64,000 nucleotides of DNA from an uncultured Actinomycetota bacterium (GCA_963794685.1 CAWCFK010000013.1:139678-203677), one strand, 5' to 3'. Shown: positions 28,212 to 38,574, numbered from the stretch's first letter. Translations and numbers: made by a program. The notes: generated from the sequence alone by a model not told the origin.

Positions 28212-28236
28212 GGGTAGCCGTGGACGTGGGCTACCC
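28212..28236 (-). terminator. 8-bp stem hairpin downstream of the 28266 gene
   Basis: Stem GGGTAGCC / GGCTACCC with a 9-nt loop, 30 nt after the stop. It is weak and may only attenuate read-through into the GH43 gene. Confidence 0.3.
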
Positions 28237-28265
28237 GGACCGCCGCGTCGGTGTGGTCGCGCCGG

Positions 28266-30122
28266 TCAGCGCAGGATGAAGTCCTGGTTGGTACCGGGCG
28301 CGTTCTTGCAGGTCCACTGGTCCAGCTGCTGGCCGAGGGTGTTCTTCGCGCCGTAGACGTCCAGACACAGGTTGCTGTTCTTGTTCTGGAACGCGTACGA
28401 GCCGTCGGACTGCTTGATCGGCAGCCAGAGGGCGTTCGCGGCCCCGTTCGGTGTCTGTTGGACGATGTCGGGGCTACCCGCAGTGGTGGAGCTGTTCGCC
28501 ACCGCGACGTCCAGGCCCGAGTTCTGGGCGCGCAGCTCGCCGTAGCCGCCCGAGGCGGGCAGGAACTGGAACTGCTGGTTGCTCTGGCCGTTGCAGGTCC
28601 ACTGGTCGATCGCCGCACCGGCCGTGCCGGTGTTGCCGTAGACGTCCAGGCACAGGTTGTCGTTGGCGACGACGAGCTGGTGGTAGCCGGTGGGGAAGCC
28701 GCCGGGCGGCGGGCTCGACGGCGACGACGACACTCCCTGGCCCGGGGTCAGGTAGACGGCGAACGCGTCGTGCGATGCCTGGAAGGTGATCGGCACGGTG
28801 ACCGAGCCGCTCGCCGCGCTCATCGTGGTGTTGAGCACCACCTGCGGCGCGTTGAGCGGGGACTGGTCCGGGATCCGGTCGACCACGACGTTGACCGAGC
28901 CGCCGCCGGCCAGCCAGGGCAGCGACGACAGGCCGCTGAACGTCACCGTGGCCGCCCCGGTGTACCCGTTGGAGTCGCCCAGGATGGCCACCGCGCGCTG
29001 GGCGGAGGAGTCCTCGGCGGCCGAGATGGCCGTCGAGCCCACCTGGCCGGAGGTGTTGACCAGGGTGCCGGTCATGTCGGCGTAGGTTCGCATGGCCCAC
29101 CAGTTGCCGTTCGGGGCCCAGGCTCCGTTGGTCTGGGTGAGAATCCCGGTGAGGTTGGGCGTCATGCAGCACACCCAGTTACCTCGCATGGCATTGGAGT
29201 AGCCGGACTGGGCGAATCGGGCCAGGTACCACGCGGTGACACCGGCCGTCTGCCGGTCCGCCGGCTGGTACTCGTTCGCGGACAACGGCTTGGCCGGGAT
29301 CCCGGCCGCGGAGAGCTGGCTGTTGAGCGCCTGCGCCACGGTGACCGGGTCATCGACGTCGCCCTCGTCGTGGTTGGTGATCCAGTCCGGTACGGTTCCG
29401 GCCGAGCGGACGTGCGACAGGAAGGTGCTCCATTGCGCGGATCGGGCCTGCGGTGTGTAGGCGAACGACGGGCCGACGATCTGGGCACTCGGAGCCACGC
29501 GACGGAGCTCGCGATAGGCGGTGTCCCACATCTGGAAATACTGGGTGCTGTTGACGCCCGCCTTCCAGAAGACAGAGATGTCCGGTTCGTTGTCGATGTC
29601 GTAGGCGAATGGCAGGCCGGTGGCCTGCAGCGCGGCGACGGTGGAGTCGATGAACGTCGCCCAGTTGGAGCAGTTGCCGTTGTCGCACGGATAGACGGTG
29701 TTCGAAGGCTGACCCCCGTTGAGCCCGTAGAGGTCGCTGAGCAGGACCTGGTACTGCACGTGGTTGCCCACCTGGTTCAGGCGCCGTGCCTGGGCGGTGA
29801 TCGAAGTGATGTCCGCCTGGGTCGCCGAGCCGAACTGGTAGTTGTCCTTGATCCAGCCGCCGGAGAACCATCCACCGCCACGGAAGGCGTTGATTCGCAG
29901 CGGCTGTAGGTACTGGTCCGCGGGCAGCGTACCGTCCTGGTTGATTCCGTACAGGACGCCTTCGCCAACCTGGGTGGACGGCCCTCTGGTCGAGGCCAGG
30001 TTCACCGTCAACGACTCGGTGGTGGCCGCGTGACCCGGGAGCATGGCGGCCGTCGGGATGGCCGCCGCTATCACCATCCCCGCCGCTATGGCGATGCGAC
30101 GGAGTCTCCTTCTCGATTTCAT
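28266..30122 (-). CDS. secreted clan GH-A glycoside hydrolase (GH30/GH5-like, possibly beta-1,6-galactanase type) with a C-terminal ricin-B/CBM13
   Basis: 618 aa with a signal peptide. Motifs DIDNEPD (acid/base-like NEP) and SANEYQ. Ser/Pro linker, then QxW repeats (DQWTCNG...NQQF...DQWTC). The exact GH family was not verifiable by eye. Confidence 0.72.
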   Translation of the reverse strand: MKSRRRLRRIAIAAGMVIAAAIPTAAMLPGHAATTESLTVNLASTRGPSTQVGEGVLYGINQDGTLPADQYLQPLRINAFRGGGWFSGGWIKDNYQFGSATQADITSITAQARRLNQVGNHVQYQVLLSDLYGLNGGQPSNTVYPCDNGNCSNWATFIDSTVAALQATGLPFAYDIDNEPDISVFWKAGVNSTQYFQMWDTAYRELRRVAPSAQIVGPSFAYTPQARSAQWSTFLSHVRSAGTVPDWITNHDEGDVDDPVTVAQALNSQLSAAGIPAKPLSANEYQPADRQTAGVTAWYLARFAQSGYSNAMRGNWVCCMTPNLTGILTQTNGAWAPNGNWWAMRTYADMTGTLVNTSGQVGSTAISAAEDSSAQRAVAILGDSNGYTGAATVTFSGLSSLPWLAGGGSVNVVVDRIPDQSPLNAPQVVLNTTMSAASGSVTVPITFQASHDAFAVYLTPGQGVSSSPSSPPPGGFPTGYHQLVVANDNLCLDVYGNTGTAGAAIDQWTCNGQSNQQFQFLPASGGYGELRAQNSGLDVAVANSSTTAGSPDIVQQTPNGAANALWLPIKQSDGSYAFQNKNSNLCLDVYGAKNTLGQQLDQWTCKNAPGTNQDFILR

Positions 30123-30183
30123 GACATTCCTCCGGTGCGCGCCCCTGGACGGTGGCGCGAGAGATGGCCCTGTGTTGCCGGCT

Positions 30184-30237
30184 TGTTACCGCTCACAGCG
30201 CTTCGCAGCCTGATCCTGGCAACGACGTTTGTCAATC
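30184..30237 (-). promoter_or_regulatory. promoter/operator cassette: LacI-type operator TGTTACCGCTCACA (30184-30197) plus -35-like TTGACA (complement of 30230-30235)
   Basis: The 28-nt block 30210-30237 (CTGATCCTGGCAACGACGTTTGTCAATC) recurs with one mismatch at 35463-35490, with the same spacing to the operator. Confidence 0.5.
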
Positions 30238-30532
30238 CTGGTGTGGCTAGCTGCGGTTCCGATCGGTAGTTCCATTGGCGCAGAATAGCTTCGTGTAATG
30301 TCGGTCCACTGTGGAGCGTCGCCCCGGCTCGCGCTCGGGGCGGCGATGCGGGCAGGAGCGACGGTTGCGCCCGCGCCACCCGGTCCGGAGTCGGCGCCCG
30401 GGGAGGCGGCGGCCGCCGTGGAGAGCAGCCGCCGGGCCAGCCGGCCGGTGGGGTGGTGTCGGCCCTGTCTCATCGGGCCGGGTGCGGCCTTCGACGTTGG
30501 TGCGGTCACTCTCCTTACGGCGTAGGGCGTTG

Positions 30533-31549
30533 TCAACGGCCGGGTGGTACCGGCCCGGTGCTGGAGCGCAGCGAGATCGGCGGAGCGAGCAGCCGGTTGC
30601 GGGGCGGCGCCGCAGGTGAGGCGATGCGCTCGATCAGCAGCTCGACGGCGTAGGCCCCCATGTCCAGCGCCGGAACGTCGGCGGCGGTCAGCGGCGGCCG
30701 GAAGTCCTCGGCCCAGTGGCGGGCCGCGACCCCGACGACGGAGAAGTCCGTGGGGACAGCCAGCCCGGCGCGCTCCAACCCGCGCTGGATGCCGGGCAGC
30801 GCCGCTTCGTTGACGGTCGCCACGGCGGTCACCCCCGGCCGGCTCGCCAGGATCTCCTCGATGCAGGTCTCGCCGCCGGACGCGTCGTCGGCGCAGCAGT
30901 GGTCGCTGCCCCGCAGGCCCCGTGCGGCCACCGCGTCGACGAATCCGCGCAGCGCCCGGTGGCCCGGCCCGTAGCCGGCCGCGACCAGCTCGGCGGAGCG
31001 GTTGACCAGCGCGATGTTCCGGTGGCCGAGGTCGGCCAGGTGGTGGACGCAGCGCCCGATCAGCGTCTCGTAGTCGACGTCCACCCAGGCGCCACCCTCG
31101 GGGTGCGCGGTCCGCCCGATGGTCACGAACGCCAGGCCGGTCTGCTGGAGCCGGGCCGCCCGGGCATCCTCCAGGCGGATCTCCATGAGGATCACCCCGT
31201 CCACCCGGCGACCGCTGATGATCCGCTCAAAGGACCGGTCGTGGTCTCCACCGGACGGGGAGAGCAGCACGTCGAGGTCGGCCCGGGCGGCGGCCTCCAC
31301 CACGCTGGCTACGAAGCCCAGCTGCGCGTCGGTCAGGCGCCGCTGCGCGGGCGGGATGACCAGGCCGAGGGTGCGGGTCCGGCCCTCCTTGAGCGCGCGG
31401 GCGCTGGCGTTGGGGCGGAAGTCGAGTTCGTCGATGACCTGCTGGATGCGGCGGCGGGTGGCTCCGGACACCACCCGCTTGCCGCTGAGCGCATAGGAGA
31501 CGGTGCTCCGCGACACGCCCGCCCGGCGGGCGATCTCCCCGATGTTCAT
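30533..31549 (-). CDS. LacI-family transcriptional regulator
   Basis: N-terminus MNIGEIARRAGVSRSTVSYALSGKRVVSGATRRRIQQVIDELDFRPNASARAL plus a periplasmic-binding-protein-like core. Confidence 0.92.
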   Translation of the reverse strand: MNIGEIARRAGVSRSTVSYALSGKRVVSGATRRRIQQVIDELDFRPNASARALKEGRTRTLGLVIPPAQRRLTDAQLGFVASVVEAAARADLDVLLSPSGGDHDRSFERIISGRRVDGVILMEIRLEDARAARLQQTGLAFVTIGRTAHPEGGAWVDVDYETLIGRCVHHLADLGHRNIALVNRSAELVAAGYGPGHRALRGFVDAVAARGLRGSDHCCADDASGGETCIEEILASRPGVTAVATVNEAALPGIQRGLERAGLAVPTDFSVVGVAARHWAEDFRPPLTAADVPALDMGAYAVELLIERIASPAAPPRNRLLAPPISLRSSTGPVPPGR

Positions 31550-31712
31550 CGCGCCGCCCTTCTCCGTCGTACGAATCGGTTCGCTGGCAGGTTAAGCCTG
31601 ACCACGTCGACTGTCAATGGATTCGCGCCCGCCCTGGTGCCGGCCTCGCAGCACCGGAAAGCGCTGTAGCGAATCGATTCGAAGAAGGACGGTCGCCTCC
31701 GGGCAGCAAACC

Positions 31713-31742
31713 GGGGTGGGACAGGTTCACCTGTCCCACCCC
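31713..31742 (-). terminator. 13-bp stem hairpin downstream of the GH10 xylanase gene
   Basis: Stem GGGGTGGGACAGG / CCTGTCCCACCCC with a 4-nt loop (TTCA). Confidence 0.55.
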
Positions 31743-31842
31743 GGGCCCCGGCTCCCTCGTGCCAGGCGCTGGCGCCACCGGCAAGCGGTGGCCTGGAAGT
31801 TGCACACTCCCCGACCGGTTGCCGCCCGAGGCGGCACGCCGG

Positions 31843-33387
31843 TCAGCCGATGGTCCACCGCTGGTTGGCGCCGCCGTTGCAGGTCCACAGTTCGACGAGT
31901 GCACCGTTGGCGGTGGAGGCGCCGGTGACGTCCAGGCACAGCCCGGACTGCGCGCTGGTGATGGTGCCGTTCGAGTTGACGTTCCACTGCTGGTTGGTGC
32001 CGCCGTTGCAGGTCCAGGTCTCCACCTTGGTACCGGCGCTGGTCTGCTTGTTGTAGACGTCCAGGCACAGCTGCGAGCTGCCGCTGTAGACGGTCAGCTG
32101 GCCGGACGAGGTGCGGGTCCAGGTCTGGTTGCTGGCACCGTTGCAGTCCCGGATCTGCAGCTGGACGCCGGGCGTGGTGGAGCTGTTCGGCACGTCCAGG
32201 CACTTGCCGGCGCCCACGGCGTGGATCGGGCCGCCGGTCGGCGGCGCCGTGGTGGCCGATGCCGTGGGCGATGCGGTGGGCGATGTCGTGGTGGTGGGCG
32301 TCGGTGTCGCCGGACCGCCGAGCGCGGTCACGGTGGCGTTGTACGCCGGCTTCGGCTGGTAGTTGGAGTCGTAGAACGTGGCCGCCCCGTAACCCGGGAA
32401 CGTCCCCGGAATCCACGAATGACCGTCATCCACACCCCACTGCGACACCCCCACACACCGGGACACCGCCAGACAATCCTTCACCACCGTCGAATAATCC
32501 GTCGCCTGCTGCTGCAAGTTCCCACTACTGGCCGGCAACGGAATCCGATCATCCAACTCGGTCACCGCCACATCCAGACCCAACGCCGCGAACCGCTGCA
32601 TATTCTGCAACAACGACGACGGAACCTGCCCCACAATGAAATGGCTCTCCAGACCGATCCCGTCCAACGGAACCCCCTGCGCCACCATCGACTGCGCAAT
32701 CGTGTACAACGCGTTGCTCTTCGCGTTCACACCCTCGATGTTGTAATCGTTGATATACAACTTCGCACCCGGATCAGCCGCCCGCGCCGCCCGCAACGCC
32801 GTCGCCAGATACCCCTGACCCATCGCCTTGTAGAACACGTCCTGCCGCAACGAACCGTCCTCATTGAACGGCTCATTGATCACATCCCAGGCATACACCT
32901 TGCCCTTGTAATGCCCCGCCACATTCGAAATGTGATTCTGCATCACACCCTGCACCTGATCCAACGACAGGCTACTCACCCACGCCGGCAACTGCGAATG
33001 CCACACCAAATTGTGCCCACGCACCCGCATATTATGCGACTGCCCGAACGACACAATCTGATCACCCCGGGAATAACTGAACGAGCCCCGCGACGGCTCC
33101 GTCGCATCCCACTTCATCTCATTACCCGGCGTCACCATGTCGAACTGCGTACCCGCCAGATTCGCCTCGGTACTGTTCGTCACGTCACCCGACGTCATCG
33201 CCGTACCGAAATACCGCCCCTTCGCCTCCGCCAAACTCCGCAGCGTGGTGGCAGCCTGGGCGGGCATCGCGGTGCTCATGGCTACCGCGACCGCCACCGA
33301 CGCCGCGGCGAACGCCGCGCCGACAGCCAGGACCCGTCCGGTGCGCAACCGCCGGCCGGACGTGGCCAGGATGTTGCTCGTTCTCAT
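31843..33387 (-). CDS. secreted GH10 endo-1,4-beta-xylanase with a C-terminal ricin-B/CBM13
   Basis: Motifs GRYFGTA, FDMVTPGNEMKWDATEP, VRGHNLVWHSQLP, WDVINEP, VAVTELD. Linker, then CBM13 repeats. GGAGG RBS. Only 34 nt downstream of the GH29 gene. Confidence 0.93.
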   Translation of the reverse strand: MRTSNILATSGRRLRTGRVLAVGAAFAAASVAVAVAMSTAMPAQAATTLRSLAEAKGRYFGTAMTSGDVTNSTEANLAGTQFDMVTPGNEMKWDATEPSRGSFSYSRGDQIVSFGQSHNMRVRGHNLVWHSQLPAWVSSLSLDQVQGVMQNHISNVAGHYKGKVYAWDVINEPFNEDGSLRQDVFYKAMGQGYLATALRAARAADPGAKLYINDYNIEGVNAKSNALYTIAQSMVAQGVPLDGIGLESHFIVGQVPSSLLQNMQRFAALGLDVAVTELDDRIPLPASSGNLQQQATDYSTVVKDCLAVSRCVGVSQWGVDDGHSWIPGTFPGYGAATFYDSNYQPKPAYNATVTALGGPATPTPTTTTSPTASPTASATTAPPTGGPIHAVGAGKCLDVPNSSTTPGVQLQIRDCNGASNQTWTRTSSGQLTVYSGSSQLCLDVYNKQTSAGTKVETWTCNGGTNQQWNVNSNGTITSAQSGLCLDVTGASTANGALVELWTCNGGANQRWTIG

Positions 33388-33421
33388 TCTCGACCTCCAC
33401 TGGTCGACTCGCAGACGCCGA

Positions 33422-35416
33422 TCAGACGGCGGTGAGAGTCCACTGGTTGTTGGTGTTTCCGTTCGGCGCCCACATGACGGTGGTGGAGCCGGCGGCCGTG
33501 CTGCCCGCGCCGTCGAGGGCGGTTCCGGTGCCCCGGTTGATGATCTGGTAGCGGCCGTTGCCGACGCTGTTCAACCGCCACTGCTGGTTGTTGCCGCCGT
33601 TCCAGGTGGTCTGCCGGGCCGGCGCGCCGTTGGCGGTGTTGCCCCAGCTGTCGACGACCATTGCGTTGGTACGGTTGACGATCCGGTACCAGCCGCCGCC
33701 CAGGTCGACGAACTGCCACTGCAGGTTGGTGCTGCCGTCGTAGTTCCACTGCTTGAGGTTGGCGCCGGAGGCGACGTTGCCGCCGCTGTCGACCACCAGA
33801 CCGGTGGTGGCGTTGGCGATCCGTACCCAGCCGGTGGGGATACCACCGGTGCCGGTGCCCGCTCCCGGGATCTGCCCGGAGAAGGTCAGCTTGACCACGT
33901 ACGCCAGGGCGCTGAACGGTGCACCGGAGGACGGCATGGCGATGTGCAGCCCCGAGCCGTCCTGGGTGCGGGTGGGCAGGTTGGTGTAGCTGCCCGCGGT
34001 GGGGGTGAGCAGCTGCACGGAGGTCAGCGTGCTCAGGTTGATCCGGCTGGAGGCCAGCGTGGCGATGTTCAGCGTGCTGCCCGGCCAGCCCAGCACGGTG
34101 GCGTAGAGCACCGTGTTGTCCTTGCTGCGGGTGAACCGGATGTCCTGGCTGGTACCGGCCCGCGGGGTGGTGAACGATCCGCCGCCCATCTGGGTCGGGC
34201 CTTCGCCGAAGGTCGTCCAGGCCCGGGTGGCGTAGATGGACTCACCGAACCGGCTGAGGTAGTCGCCCATGCCCCGCAGCACGTTCTGCTGCCCGGACGG
34301 GATCGTGCCGTCGGCCATCGGGGCGATGTTGAGCACCATGGTGCCGTTCTTGCTGACCCGGTCGATCAGGGAGTGCAGCATGGCGGCGGTGGAGTAGTAG
34401 CCGATGCCGACCGTGTAGCACCAGCTGGAGCTGGAGATGCTGTCGTCGGTCATCCAGTAGGGCGTCTGGATGCCCGCCGGTCCGCCGCGCTCGAAGTCGT
34501 AGACCTCGCCCTTGTTGTCCAGGCCGTCCTTGTAGGTGGCGACCACGTCCTTGTTCCAGGCCACTGCCTGGTTGTAGTAGTGGGCCAGGAAGTTCAGCCG
34601 CTGCGACTCCTGCACCAGGCCCAGATCGAAGTCCTGGTAGAGGATGTCCGGCTGGTAGCCGTCGATGACCTCCCGCAGCTTGTCGTACCACAGCTGGTTT
34701 TCGGCGGTCGCGCCCAGTTGCCCGTAGAGCTTCTTCAGCGTCGTGCTGGACTGCCCCGGCACGTGGTCGTAGTAGCCGTTGAAGTGGTACGCGTGGTGCA
34801 GCGACACGAACAGCTTGAGCCCCTTGGCGCGGATCGCGTCGGCGTGCAGCCGCAGCAGGTCCAGCCGGGGCCCGGTGGCCACCGAGTTCCACTCGTTCGC
34901 CGAGCTGTTCCACATCGAGTAGCCGTCGTGGTGCTCGGCCACCGGCCCGGCGAACTTGGCGCCCGCGTCGGCGAACAGCTGCGCCCAGGCGTTCGGGTCC
35001 CAGTTGCCGCCGGCACTGGTCAGCTTCGGCGCGAACTGCACGAAGTTGCCCGCCTTGTCCCGGGCACCGTTGATGAAGTTGTGGTACGGCCAGGAGGACG
35101 GGTCGCCGTAGGTGGAGATGTGGTGGTTGTTCTCGGCAGAGCCGCCGATGTACATGTTGCGCGGGTACCATTCGTTGCCGAACGCGGGGACGCTGAACAC
35201 GCCCCAGTGGTAGTAGATCCCGAACTTGGCGTCCTGGAACCATTCGGGGGCCGGTGGGTGCTGGTCGACCGAGGACCAGCTCGCGGTGTAGCTGCTGGGG
35301 CCGGCGGTGGCCCAGACGTCGCCGATCTTCAGCAGGCCGGTGGCCGCGGCGGCGCCGGCGATGCCGGCCGTGGTGAGTAGTCGGCGGCGGTTGAACCGTG
35401 ACGTGGACGAGTACAT
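33422..35416 (-). CDS. secreted GH29 alpha-L-fucosidase with a C-terminal ricin-B/CBM13
   Basis: Tat-like signal RRRLLTTAGIAGAAAA. Motifs KFGIYYHWGVFSVPA, EHHDGYSMW, YQPDILYQDF. The C-terminus carries repeated NLQW/NQQW lectin repeats. Confidence 0.92.
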   Translation of the reverse strand: MYSSTSRFNRRRLLTTAGIAGAAAATGLLKIGDVWATAGPSSYTASWSSVDQHPPAPEWFQDAKFGIYYHWGVFSVPAFGNEWYPRNMYIGGSAENNHHISTYGDPSSWPYHNFINGARDKAGNFVQFAPKLTSAGGNWDPNAWAQLFADAGAKFAGPVAEHHDGYSMWNSSANEWNSVATGPRLDLLRLHADAIRAKGLKLFVSLHHAYHFNGYYDHVPGQSSTTLKKLYGQLGATAENQLWYDKLREVIDGYQPDILYQDFDLGLVQESQRLNFLAHYYNQAVAWNKDVVATYKDGLDNKGEVYDFERGGPAGIQTPYWMTDDSISSSSWCYTVGIGYYSTAAMLHSLIDRVSKNGTMVLNIAPMADGTIPSGQQNVLRGMGDYLSRFGESIYATRAWTTFGEGPTQMGGGSFTTPRAGTSQDIRFTRSKDNTVLYATVLGWPGSTLNIATLASSRINLSTLTSVQLLTPTAGSYTNLPTRTQDGSGLHIAMPSSGAPFSALAYVVKLTFSGQIPGAGTGTGGIPTGWVRIANATTGLVVDSGGNVASGANLKQWNYDGSTNLQWQFVDLGGGWYRIVNRTNAMVVDSWGNTANGAPARQTTWNGGNNQQWRLNSVGNGRYQIINRGTGTALDGAGSTAAGSTTVMWAPNGNTNNQWTLTAV

Positions 35417-35436
35417 GACGGTTGCCTTTCACACGC

Positions 35437-35490
35437 TGTTACCGCTAACATCGGCCGTCAGACTGATCCTTGCAACGACGTTTGTCAATC
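35437..35490 (-). promoter_or_regulatory. promoter/operator cassette: LacI-type operator TGTTACCGCTAACA (35437-35450) plus -35-like TTGACA (complement of 35483-35488)
   Basis: Paralogous to the cassette at 30184-30237. It lies 21 nt upstream of the GH29 start. Confidence 0.5.
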
Positions 35491-35590
35491 GGCGGCGGCG
35501 CTGCCCGAGCCGGGTGAGCGGAAGCCCTTCCGATGCGTTCGGGCGCTCCCGTGCACCGCTGAGGCAGTGCCGGCCGGCGGCGGAGCGGAC

Positions 35591-36658
35591 TCAGCCGGTG
35601 ACGCGGCGGCGGGATCGGCGGACGGCGGCGGTGGTGTCCCGCACGATCAGCTCCGGTGCCGCCGCTATCCGTGCGGGCGGCGCGCCGTGCGGATCTGCCA
35701 CATGCTGCAGCAGCGCGAAGCAGTCCCGCCCCAGGCCGACGAAGTCCAGCCGGACCGTCGTCAGCGGCGGCGTGTAGAAGGCGGCGGCCGGCGTGTCGTC
35801 GAAGCCGATCACGCTCACCTGCTCGGGTACCGCCCGGCCGGCCTCGTTCAGCGCGCGGATCACCCCGAGCGCCAGGTCGTCGTTGCCGCACAGCACGGCG
35901 GTGACCTCGGCGTCGGCGGCCAGGCGCTGGCCGGCCTGGTAGCCGGACAGCGGGGTCCAGCCGCCGGAAACCACCGGTGGGACACCTGCGCCGGCGCCGC
36001 GCAGCGCGGTCCGCCAGCCCTGCAGCCGCGCGCTGGAGCTGGTCGACGACGGGATCGACACGTGGTGGACGGTACGGTGCCCGAGCTGGAGCAGATGGTC
36101 CGTCGCGGCGTGCGCGGCCGCGCGGTCATCCAGCGCGACCGAGGCGTACGCACGGCTGTCGCCCAGGTTGTTGATCTCAGTGGCCGCCACCACCGGGATG
36201 CCCGCCGGGATCGCCCGCAGCGCCCGGACGCCCGCCAGGTCGAAGGCGATCACGATGACGCCGCCGGAGATCGGATCGCACGAGCGGTCGATGGCGGCCT
36301 CGATCGCGGCCGGGCGCGGCGAGTCCAGTACGCCGATGTCGACCTGGAACCCGGCCGCCCGGGCGGCCTCCTCGACGCCCTGCAGCAGCGCGGCCCGACC
36401 GTAGAGCGTGGTGTTCGAGGTCATCACCGTCACCGACCGGGTGCGGCCGCGGCCCAGGTCGCGAGCCGCCCGGCTCGGCCGGTACTCCAAGGTCCGGATG
36501 GCGCCGAGCACCCGTTGCCGGGTCGACTCGCGCACGCCGGGGCTGCCGTTGATCACCCGCGAGACGGTCATGTGTGAGACCCCAGCGGACGTGGCGACGT
36601 CGCGGATGCTCACCGAGCTGAAACCCTCGGCTGGTGTCCCGTCGCCCTGACCTGTCAC
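35591..36658 (-). CDS. LacI-family transcriptional regulator
   Basis: N-terminus SIRDVATSAGVSHMTVSRVINGSPGVRESTRQRVLGAIRTLEYRPSRAARDL plus a sugar-binding core. Confidence 0.92.
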   Translation of the reverse strand: MTGQGDGTPAEGFSSVSIRDVATSAGVSHMTVSRVINGSPGVRESTRQRVLGAIRTLEYRPSRAARDLGRGRTRSVTVMTSNTTLYGRAALLQGVEEAARAAGFQVDIGVLDSPRPAAIEAAIDRSCDPISGGVIVIAFDLAGVRALRAIPAGIPVVAATEINNLGDSRAYASVALDDRAAAHAATDHLLQLGHRTVHHVSIPSSTSSSARLQGWRTALRGAGAGVPPVVSGGWTPLSGYQAGQRLAADAEVTAVLCGNDDLALGVIRALNEAGRAVPEQVSVIGFDDTPAAAFYTPPLTTVRLDFVGLGRDCFALLQHVADPHGAPPARIAAAPELIVRDTTAAVRRSRRRVTG

Positions 36659-36759
36659 GCCGACGATGATGTTCAGCCCAGGCCACGGCTGTCAAGCTGG
36701 CGCTCCGCGGGCAACCAGTTTCCGTTACTTTTGGCGCGCTGCCGGAGTCGCCGGTACCG

Positions 36760-36795
36760 ACCGGCCCCGGGTCGACGATGCGACCCGGGGCCGGT
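36760..36795 (-). terminator. 15-bp stem hairpin directly after the GH54 gene
   Basis: Stem ACCGGCCCCGGGTCG / CGACCCGGGGCCGGT with a 6-nt loop, 7 nt after the stop. Confidence 0.6.
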
Positions 36796-36801
36796 TTCGG
36801 T

Positions 36802-38268
36802 TCAGCTGCGCAGGCTCCACTGCTGGTTGGTCCCGCCGTTGCAGGCCCAGAGGATTATCTTCGTACCGTTCGCGGTGGCAGCGCCGTTCGCGTCCAGGCA
36901 CAGCCCGGACTGCACGCCGGTGATGGTGCCGTTGGAGTTGACGTTCCACTGTTGGTTCGTCTGGCCGTTACAGTCCCAGATGATCACCGTGGTGCCGTTG
37001 GTCGTACCCTTGCCGTTGGCGTCCAGGCACTTGTTTCCGTACACCTGCAGTGCCTTGCCGGAGGTCAGCGTCCACGCCTGGTTGGCCTGGCCGTTGCAGT
37101 CGTAGAGCTGGACCTGGGTGCCGTTGGTGGTGGAGCTGTTGGGCACGTCCACGCACCGGCCGGACTGTCCACCGACGAGCTGCTGGCCGCCGCCGGTGTT
37201 GCCGCCGCCGGTGCTGTACCCGACCGAGGCGATGTTGGCCTGCACCGAGTTCTCGGTGGCGTCCGACGGGTAGCCGGAGGTCATCACGCCCTCGTAGAAG
37301 GTGCCGGCGGAGCCCTTGCTGTTGTCGCCGCCGATGCCGAGGATGATGGCGCCTTCCTTGTGCATCGGGTTGTAGCCCGACACGTTGGGGCGCACGCCGC
37401 TGTAGAAGGTGGACAGGCCACCGGACTGTGCGTTGCCGCCCCGGATCGCCCACTGGTTGGCGGTGCCCTTGACGACCGCGGTCAGGAACCGGTAGTTGAC
37501 GCTCGGGTCGTTGGAGTTCAGGTGCTGGTTGACGCCGGAGAACAGGCCGTTCTCCAGGTCCGCCATGATCCACGGGCCGTTGCCCGCGCCGTAGCCCCAG
37601 ACCTTGATGTTGCCGAAGTAGATGGCCTCCATGTGGCCGTTGCCGGTGTCGTTGCTGCTCGTCTCGGCGTTGCCGTAGTCGAAGCAGCAGCCGCCGTTGT
37701 AGTGCGTGCCGTCGAAGACCGCGTACATCCCCTCCGGCTGGTCGCCGGTGGCAATGCCCGAGGTGTGGTTGTTGCGGTAGCCGGTGCCGGCCGCCACGTA
37801 GACGCCGTACGCCCGGTTACCGTTGATGGTGATGGGTGCGGCGGTCGCGTTGGCCAGGTTGTCCGGGCCGCCCGCCGCACCGCCCCCGGGCGCCTGGGTG
37901 AGGTGGTTACCGCGACCGGTCTGGTCGTAGATGATGGTGATGACGCAGCTGGTACCGGCACAGAACGAGTCCTGCGTGGCGGCGTTGGCGAACCCGCCGG
38001 CGCTGAGTACGCCGATGTCCCGGGTGGTGTTGTCCGACGAGCGCCGGACCTGGTAGAGCGCACCGTTGTAGGAGCCGTACAGCGCGCGGGTGGTGCTGTG
38101 GGCGGCCACGCATGGCGTACCACCGGCGGCGTAGATGTCGCACGGCTGCGACGTGGCCGCGTGTGCCGGGCCGGCCGCGATCACGATGCCGACGCTCAAC
38201 AGCGCCAGGGCGCCGGCAGCCACTGCTGCTTTGCTCAGTCGTCGCAACGATATGTTAGGCAGGGGCAA
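36802..38268 (-). CDS. secreted GH54-type alpha-L-arabinofuranosidase catalytic domain with a C-terminal ricin-B/CBM13
   Basis: Sequence PCDIYAAGGTPCVAAHSTTRALY...GCCFDYGNAE...GPWIMADLENGLF is the ArabFuran-catal signature, followed by CBM13 repeats. Start set at TTG 38268, 6 nt after GAGGAGG. Confidence 0.85.
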   Translation of the reverse strand: MPLPNISLRRLSKAAVAAGALALLSVGIVIAAGPAHAATSQPCDIYAAGGTPCVAAHSTTRALYGSYNGALYQVRRSSDNTTRDIGVLSAGGFANAATQDSFCAGTSCVITIIYDQTGRGNHLTQAPGGGAAGGPDNLANATAAPITINGNRAYGVYVAAGTGYRNNHTSGIATGDQPEGMYAVFDGTHYNGGCCFDYGNAETSSNDTGNGHMEAIYFGNIKVWGYGAGNGPWIMADLENGLFSGVNQHLNSNDPSVNYRFLTAVVKGTANQWAIRGGNAQSGGLSTFYSGVRPNVSGYNPMHKEGAIILGIGGDNSKGSAGTFYEGVMTSGYPSDATENSVQANIASVGYSTGGGNTGGGQQLVGGQSGRCVDVPNSSTTNGTQVQLYDCNGQANQAWTLTSGKALQVYGNKCLDANGKGTTNGTTVIIWDCNGQTNQQWNVNSNGTITGVQSGLCLDANGAATANGTKIILWACNGGTNQQWSLRS

Positions 38269-38560
38269 GGTGAACCTCCTCAGGTCCGGGGGTGTCCGAC
38301 CGCACCATGTCGGTACGGCCGGCGGGGTTGTGTCGGTCAGCCTCAGTTCCAGTCGCGGCGCGCACGCGCACCGCGGGCTGTCGTTGTCGATCCGGCGCCG
38401 GGATGCGTCCGCTCGCCGCGCCGGTCCGGCAGGCGTTGCCGCATGCACATGTATGGATGTGTCGAGGCGCGTCGGGGCACGGACTCCACCTCATCCGCAT
38501 GTCAGGTCGGCCTTGGGGACGGCAGGCTCGAGCGGCCACACTCGTAGCGGCCGGATTGAA

Positions 38561-38574
38561 TGTTAGCGCTAACA
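38561..38574. promoter_or_regulatory. LacI-type operator TGTTAGCGCTAACA (perfect 14-bp palindrome)
   Basis: About 290 nt upstream of the GH54 start. A TTGACT hexamer lies about 40 nt further upstream on the minus strand. Confidence 0.5.

Noticed and set aside
18246-38268. Considered whether the dense enzyme block is a secondary-metabolite or glycan-biosynthesis cluster
   Set aside because: There are no PKS, NRPS, terpene, glycosyltransferase or tailoring genes. All the enzymes are secreted hydrolases with signal peptides and lectin-type modules, or catabolic enzymes with an uptake system.
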